Part shown: positions 25,832-30,083 of the stretch, piece after piece
Numbering within the stretch: the first letter of the stretch is position 1
Layout: each line of letters begins with the position of its first letter
Made by a program: the position numbers and the translations under genes
NCBI GenBank assembly: GCA_040905425.1
Contig: JBBDRO010000051.1
Span: 1-30,083, forward strand
Origin: Gemmatimonadota bacterium
GTDB lineage: Bacteria; Gemmatimonadota; Gemmatimonadetes; Longimicrobiales; RSA9
Length of the DNA stretch: 30,083 bases
Direction: 5' to 3'
The notes under the pieces: generated by a model
The model's input: only the letters and a program-made list of their open reading frames with translations
The model's database searches: none
What the model was told of the DNA's origin: nothing

Positions 25832-27058
25832 TTATCCCCCGCAGAATTTCAGCGCGGCCCGGGCAAGCACGCGCGCACACGTCACCGTGGAGTCGATGTC
25901 GGCCCACTCCACCGCGGCGTGCGCACCCGCTCCGTCCGGCCCCAGGTTGACGGCCGGGATGCCCGCCCCCGCGAAAACCGCCGCGTCCATCCAGTAAGCG
26001 ACCCCGCTCGGCGCGCGTGCCACGCCTGTCTCCGCCTCCAACGCGGCCGCCAGGCACGTGGCCACGGGCGCATCCACTGGCGTCTCCAGCGGCGCTCGCT
26101 CCAGCAGCAGCTCGATGTCCGCCTCCTCGGCCGCGTCGCGCACGATCTGGTGCAGTTCCTCCAGCACCATCTCGGCGTCCTCACCGGGGAGCGTGCGCCG
26201 CTCCAGTTCCAACGTGCACGATGACGCATAGGTGGACGGGCCGTCCCCGCCCCGCACCAGGGTGCAGTGCATGGAGGCGGAGCCGACCAACGGGTGCGTG
26301 CGCGCGCGCAGCACCTCGGCGTCGTATTGCTCCAGGGCCGCTATGATGCGGCCGATACGCCCGATGGCCGAGACGCCCACGTCCCAGCGGCTGCCGTGCG
26401 CGGCCGTGCCATGGGTGGTGAGGCGCGCCCAGACGAAGCCCTTGTGGGCGGTGACGGGCTCGAGGCCGCTGAACTCGGTCAGGATGCAGGCGTCCGCCGT
26501 GTGGCGCTTCACGAAGTCGAAGGCGCCGGCGGAGGCGTACTCCTCGTCGGCCACGAAGGCGGCCAGGACGCGGCCGCGCGGCAGCGCGTCCCGCAGCGCA
26601 TCCAGGGCGCACAGGATGGCGGCGGCCCCGGCTTTCATGTCGTAGGCGCCGCGGCCGTAGAGGCGGTTGCCCGCCACGCGCGCCTCGAACGGGCTGATCT
26701 CCATGCCGCTGGCGGACACCGTGTCCGTGTGCGCGCAGAGCACGAGCGTGGGGCCCTCACCGGGGCCGATCTCCGCCACGGCGTTGGGCCGGCCGGGCAG
26801 CGCCGCCTCCAGCCAGGCGCGGATGCCGCGCCCGTCACACCAGGCGCGGATGGCCTCGGCAATGTCGGCCTCGCCGGCGCCTGACGCGTCCAGCGACGGA
26901 TTCACCGAGGGCACGCGCACGAGCGTGGCGAGCGTGTCCACGACGGCGTCACGGCGGAGCGAAGGGTGGTCCAGCGCGGGATCGTCGGGCGCAGGGTGTC
27001 CCAGCGCGGGACGGTCGGGCGCCGGGCGGTCGAGTGCGGGTCGAGGGTTGTCGGGCAT
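25832..27058 (-). CDS. M20/ArgE/DapE-family metallo-hydrolase (deacetylase/peptidase)
   Basis: LVRVPSVNP, CAHTDTV, LYGRGAYDMK, ADEEY, AAHGSRWDVG, YWMDAA, GAHAAVEW. Confidence 0.92.
   Translation of the reverse strand: MPDNPRPALDRPAPDRPALGHPAPDDPALDHPSLRRDAVVDTLATLVRVPSVNPSLDASGAGEADIAEAIRAWCDGRGIRAWLEAALPGRPNAVAEIGPGEGPTLVLCAHTDTVSASGMEISPFEARVAGNRLYGRGAYDMKAGAAAILCALDALRDALPRGRVLAAFVADEEYASAGAFDFVKRHTADACILTEFSGLEPVTAHKGFVWARLTTHGTAAHGSRWDVGVSAIGRIGRIIAALEQYDAEVLRARTHPLVGSASMHCTLVRGGDGPSTYASSCTLELERRTLPGEDAEMVLEELHQIVRDAAEEADIELLLERAPLETPVDAPVATCLAAALEAETGVARAPSGVAYWMDAAVFAGAGIPAVNLGPDGAGAHAAVEWADIDSTVTCARVLARAALKFCGG
26957..27046 (-). repeat. Degenerate 15-bp coding repeat (six pentapeptides) at the M20 N-terminus
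   Basis: PRPAL-DRPAP-DRPAL-GHPAP-DDPAL-DHPSL precedes the M20 core. Confidence 0.7.
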
Positions 27059-27071
27059 CGTCGCTTAAAGC

Positions 27072-29393
27072 TTACGCGGTTTCGAGGACGCGGATGGGTA
27101 CGCCGTGCTCCCAGCCGGTGATGTAGCCCGCCACCGCCGAGGCGGCCACGGTGTAGGGGGAGGCCAGGTAGAGCTGGCCGGGCCCCGAGCGGCCGGGGAA
27201 GTTGCGGTTCTGGGAGCTGATGGTCACCTCGTCCGGGGAGGCGCTCGTGCCCGGCCCGGCCGCGATGCAGGCGCCGCAGCCCGGCTCGATGAACTCGGCG
27301 CCCATCTCCTCGAAGAGCCTCAGGTAGCCGCGCTCCTCACAGTAGGCGCGCACCTCCTGGGAACCGCACTGGATGTATAACCGTATATCCGGATGAATGG
27401 ATAGACCTTGCTCCCGAGCCTCCTGGAGGACCGCGGCGTACATGTCCATGTCCTCCTTCTTGCCGGCGGTGCAGGAGCCGGCGTAGGCCACGTCCAGACG
27501 GACGGGGTCCGCGCCCAGCTCCGTGATGTAGCGGCCGTTGCCGGGGTCGCCGGGAAGGGCCACCATGGGGCGGATGGTGGCCGCGTCGATCTCGATGACC
27601 TTGACGTACCCGGCGTCCGGGTCGCTGGTAAGGCCCTCGCAGAGCGCCTCGGCGCGGGCGCGCTCCATGCCGCGCTCCTCCACCAGGTAGTCCACGGCGC
27701 GCGCGTCCGGCGCCACGATGCCGGTGAAGGCGCCCACCTCGGCGGCCATGTTGGTCATGGTGGCCCGCTCGTCGATGGAGAGCGCCGCCACGGCCTCACC
27801 CGCGTACTCGATGATCTGGCCGATGGCGTGGCCGTCCCGGATGTAGGGATGGCGCAGGATCTCCAGCATGAAGTCCTTGGCCGTGACGTTGGCCGGTTTC
27901 TCCCCGCGGATGACCACCTTGAAGGAGGGCGGCACGCTCACGCGCACGTCCTTGGTGATCCAGGAGTTGAAGATGGCCGTGGTGCCCACGCCGAAGGCAA
28001 TGCAGCCGATGGCGCCCGAGTGCGGCGTGTGGGAGTCCGTGCCCACGATCATCATGCCGGGCTCGGCGTAGCTCTCCAGCACCTTGCTGTGGCAGATGGC
28101 CTCGGAGCCCAGGCGCGCGCCCACGCGCTCGCCGTAGAGCTTGATGCCCTGCTTGGCGGCGAACTCGCGCTGCTTCACCTCGAGCTGTCGGGCCACGTCC
28201 AGCAGGCCCAGCTGCACACGCTCCTGCGGCATCACCTCGTGCAGGTAGGTGAGGTGGTCGCGGAACATGAGGATGCTGTGGGGATCGGTGACTCGGGCGT
28301 CCGCGCCCAGCTTCTGCTCGAAGAAGATGGCGGCCATGGGGGAGACGTACTCGTGGCTGAAGCGCAGGTCGGTACGCACGAAGCCGCTGTCGCCCGGTTG
28401 CACCCAGGGCACACCGGTTCTGCCCGCTACGGCGTCCGTCACCCAGCGGCGCGCGAAGATCTTTTCGGCCAGGGTCATGGGGACGGCGGGCGCGGAGGTG
28501 GGCCCGGCCGCGCCGTCCCGGTGCCCGGCGCCGTCGCGCGCGCTGGCGGCGTCCCGGCGGGCCGCCCGCCCGTCCGCGCCATCAGCGGAGGCACTCCGTG
28601 CGGCCTGCGTGTCCGTGCTGCTGGGCGGGTTGGCGGGCTGCGAGGTGGCGGCGGTCTGCTCGGCCTGCATCTCGGCGTTCCAGTGCTCCGGGTCGGGGCC
28701 CATGTCGGCGCCCGAGCCGCGCAGCTGCTTCTCCTCCTCGGCGTCGTGCGCGGGCGGTTCGGCCTGTGTCTGGGACGTGATGGGCGGGATGGGCGCCTTG
28801 CCCTGCAGGCGGGCCACATTGTACTCGAAGAGGCCGCCGTACTCGATGATCTCACGCGTGATGGCGTCCACACCGTCCGTGAACTCCGCCAGCGGGATCT
28901 CCTCGCCCGCCCGGATGCGCGCGGTGAGCCCGAAGTCCGTGGAGGTCAGGATGCCCAGGTTCTGGCAGTTCTCGTTGTAGATGCGCTCGATGTTCTCGGC
29001 CAGCACGATGCGGATGCCCGCCATCATCTCGGCGTAGGGAGACTGCTCCCGGCTGCTCCCCTTGCCGCGCCGCTTGCCCGCCACGGAGCAGACGAAGCCC
29101 CCCTGCTTCACACTGCCCCGCTCCACGGGTGCCTCGCCGCCGGCGCGCAGCCCCAGGTACGGGAACTGCCCCAGCGTTTCGTCGAAGTAGTAGCAGATGT
29201 AGGCGGGGGTGATCTCGTCGGTGGAGATCTGGTCGCGGAGTTTGGCCTGGAGCTCGGGGGTGAAGTCCAGGTCCTCCCCCGCGAGCTGGCGCCGCATGAG
29301 CTCGGCGTCATCCACCAGGTAGAGGATGCGCCCCTCGAAGCGGAGCATGGCGGGGCGCTTTTCGACGGTCAGGGCCTGGAGGTCCTTCTGCAT
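27072..29393 (-). CDS. Aconitase-family dehydratase: N-terminal swivel (LeuD-like) domain fused to a C-terminal [4Fe-4S] (LeuC-like) domain
   Basis: DQISTDEITP, GKGSSREQSP, ERIYNENCQNLG, IIEYGGL (small subunit); MTLAEKIF, FRDH, GTDSHT, DERATMTNMAAEVG, Fe-S cysteines AGSCTAG and GCGACI, SSQNRNFPGR, YLASPYTVAASA (large subunit). Start ATG 29393 with AAGG upstream. Confidence 0.9.
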   Translation of the reverse strand: MQKDLQALTVEKRPAMLRFEGRILYLVDDAELMRRQLAGEDLDFTPELQAKLRDQISTDEITPAYICYYFDETLGQFPYLGLRAGGEAPVERGSVKQGGFVCSVAGKRRGKGSSREQSPYAEMMAGIRIVLAENIERIYNENCQNLGILTSTDFGLTARIRAGEEIPLAEFTDGVDAITREIIEYGGLFEYNVARLQGKAPIPPITSQTQAEPPAHDAEEEKQLRGSGADMGPDPEHWNAEMQAEQTAATSQPANPPSSTDTQAARSASADGADGRAARRDAASARDGAGHRDGAAGPTSAPAVPMTLAEKIFARRWVTDAVAGRTGVPWVQPGDSGFVRTDLRFSHEYVSPMAAIFFEQKLGADARVTDPHSILMFRDHLTYLHEVMPQERVQLGLLDVARQLEVKQREFAAKQGIKLYGERVGARLGSEAICHSKVLESYAEPGMMIVGTDSHTPHSGAIGCIAFGVGTTAIFNSWITKDVRVSVPPSFKVVIRGEKPANVTAKDFMLEILRHPYIRDGHAIGQIIEYAGEAVAALSIDERATMTNMAAEVGAFTGIVAPDARAVDYLVEERGMERARAEALCEGLTSDPDAGYVKVIEIDAATIRPMVALPGDPGNGRYITELGADPVRLDVAYAGSCTAGKKEDMDMYAAVLQEAREQGLSIHPDIRLYIQCGSQEVRAYCEERGYLRLFEEMGAEFIEPGCGACIAAGPGTSASPDEVTISSQNRNFPGRSGPGQLYLASPYTVAASAVAGYITGWEHGVPIRVLETA

Positions 29394-29553
29394 GGCTGGG
29401 CCTTGGTCAACAGGAATCGGCGGCATGAAAAACGGGCGGCGTGCGGGCCGCGCCGCCCGGCCCCCCTTACGAGCAGGGGCTGACCCGCCTAATCTGTGCC
29501 GCGGCGCGGGGCTGCGGCAACCCGGCGCGCATTCCACGCACGAGCGAGCGTTC

Positions 29554-30083
29554 ATGGCCTGCAGTCTCATCACCGTTACGCCCAACCCGTCTCTGGACCT
29601 GCTGTTCACGGCCCCGCGCCTGGCGTGGGATGACGCCAACCGCATGGCCGCGCCGCGCCGGCGCCCCGGGGGCCAGGGCGTCAACGTGGTGCGGGCCGGG
29701 GTGGTGCTCGGCCTGCGCGGCCTGGCCGTGGCGCCGCTCGGGGGCGGGGTGGGGCGCGAGCTGGCGGAGACCCTGGCCGCGGAGGGCACGCCCCATGTGG
29801 CGGTGCCCGTAGCCAATGAGACGCGCTTGTTCGTGGGGGTGCGGGAGATGGAGACCGGCCGCAACCTCCTCCTCAACCCGCGCGGGGAGGAGGCCGGTCC
29901 GGACGACCCGGTGCGCCTGCTGGAGGCCGTGGCGGCGGCGCTCCGGGAGCACCGGCCGGCGTGGGTGGCCTCGTGCGGCAGTCTGCCGCCGGGCTACCCG
30001 GAGGACTTCCACGCCCGCGTGGGCGCGCTGGTGGGTGGGGCGGGTGCCCGCTTCGTGCCGGACGCCGACGGGGCGGGGCTGGC
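29554..30083 (+). CDS. PfkB-family (1-phosphofructokinase-type) carbohydrate kinase, 5' partial
   Basis: Missing from the ORF track because it runs off the window. ATG 29554 reads MACSLITVTPNPSLD...PGGQGVNVVRA...LGGGVG...ETR...CGSLPPG...VPDADG, the PfkB/FruK N-terminal motifs. Confidence 0.9.
   Translation, partial: MACSLITVTPNPSLDLLFTAPRLAWDDANRMAAPRRRPGGQGVNVVRAGVVLGLRGLAVAPLGGGVGRELAETLAAEGTPHVAVPVANETRLFVGVREMETGRNLLLNPRGEEAGPDDPVRLLEAVAAALREHRPAWVASCGSLPPGYPEDFHARVGALVGGAGARFVPDADGAGL

Noticed and set aside
29394..29876. 161-aa N-terminal extension of the aconitase ORF
   Set aside because: Overlaps the plus-strand PfkB gene; similarity and RBS start at ATG 29393.

Overview
High-GC bacterial DNA; the protein families suggest Gemmatimonadota, but that is inference. 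(1) 1-4025 is a mosaic scar region: the right end of an ISL3-family IS, several gene remnants (caspase C-terminus, receiver-domain debris, 5'-truncated VapC) and two exported beta-propeller genes. (2) 4026-7400 is a divergent pair of exported propeller proteins (Ig/LVIVD, and YncE-type with a His/Met-rich loop). (3) 7405-17805 is the most interesting part: a tightly coupled minus-strand operon (MBL-fold hydrolase, exported metacaspase-DUF4384, CHASE2 adenylate cyclase, exported FecR/DUF928-like protein, GAF-HD-GYP) facing a divergent cNMP-binding protein with a degenerate PP2C domain, then SufT and an alpha/beta hydrolase. This looks like a complete cAMP writer/eraser/reader circuit with an extracytoplasmic protease as candidate input. 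(4) 17814-30083 holds a GyrA/ParC subunit without a canonical GyrA-box, an ECF sigma factor, a small TPR protein, an iron-type ABC transporter preceded by a perfect 28-bp AT-rich palindrome, an M20 hydrolase, a swivel-first fused aconitase-family enzyme and the 5' part of a PfkB kinase. All domain calls are from motif recognition by eye; no searches were run.
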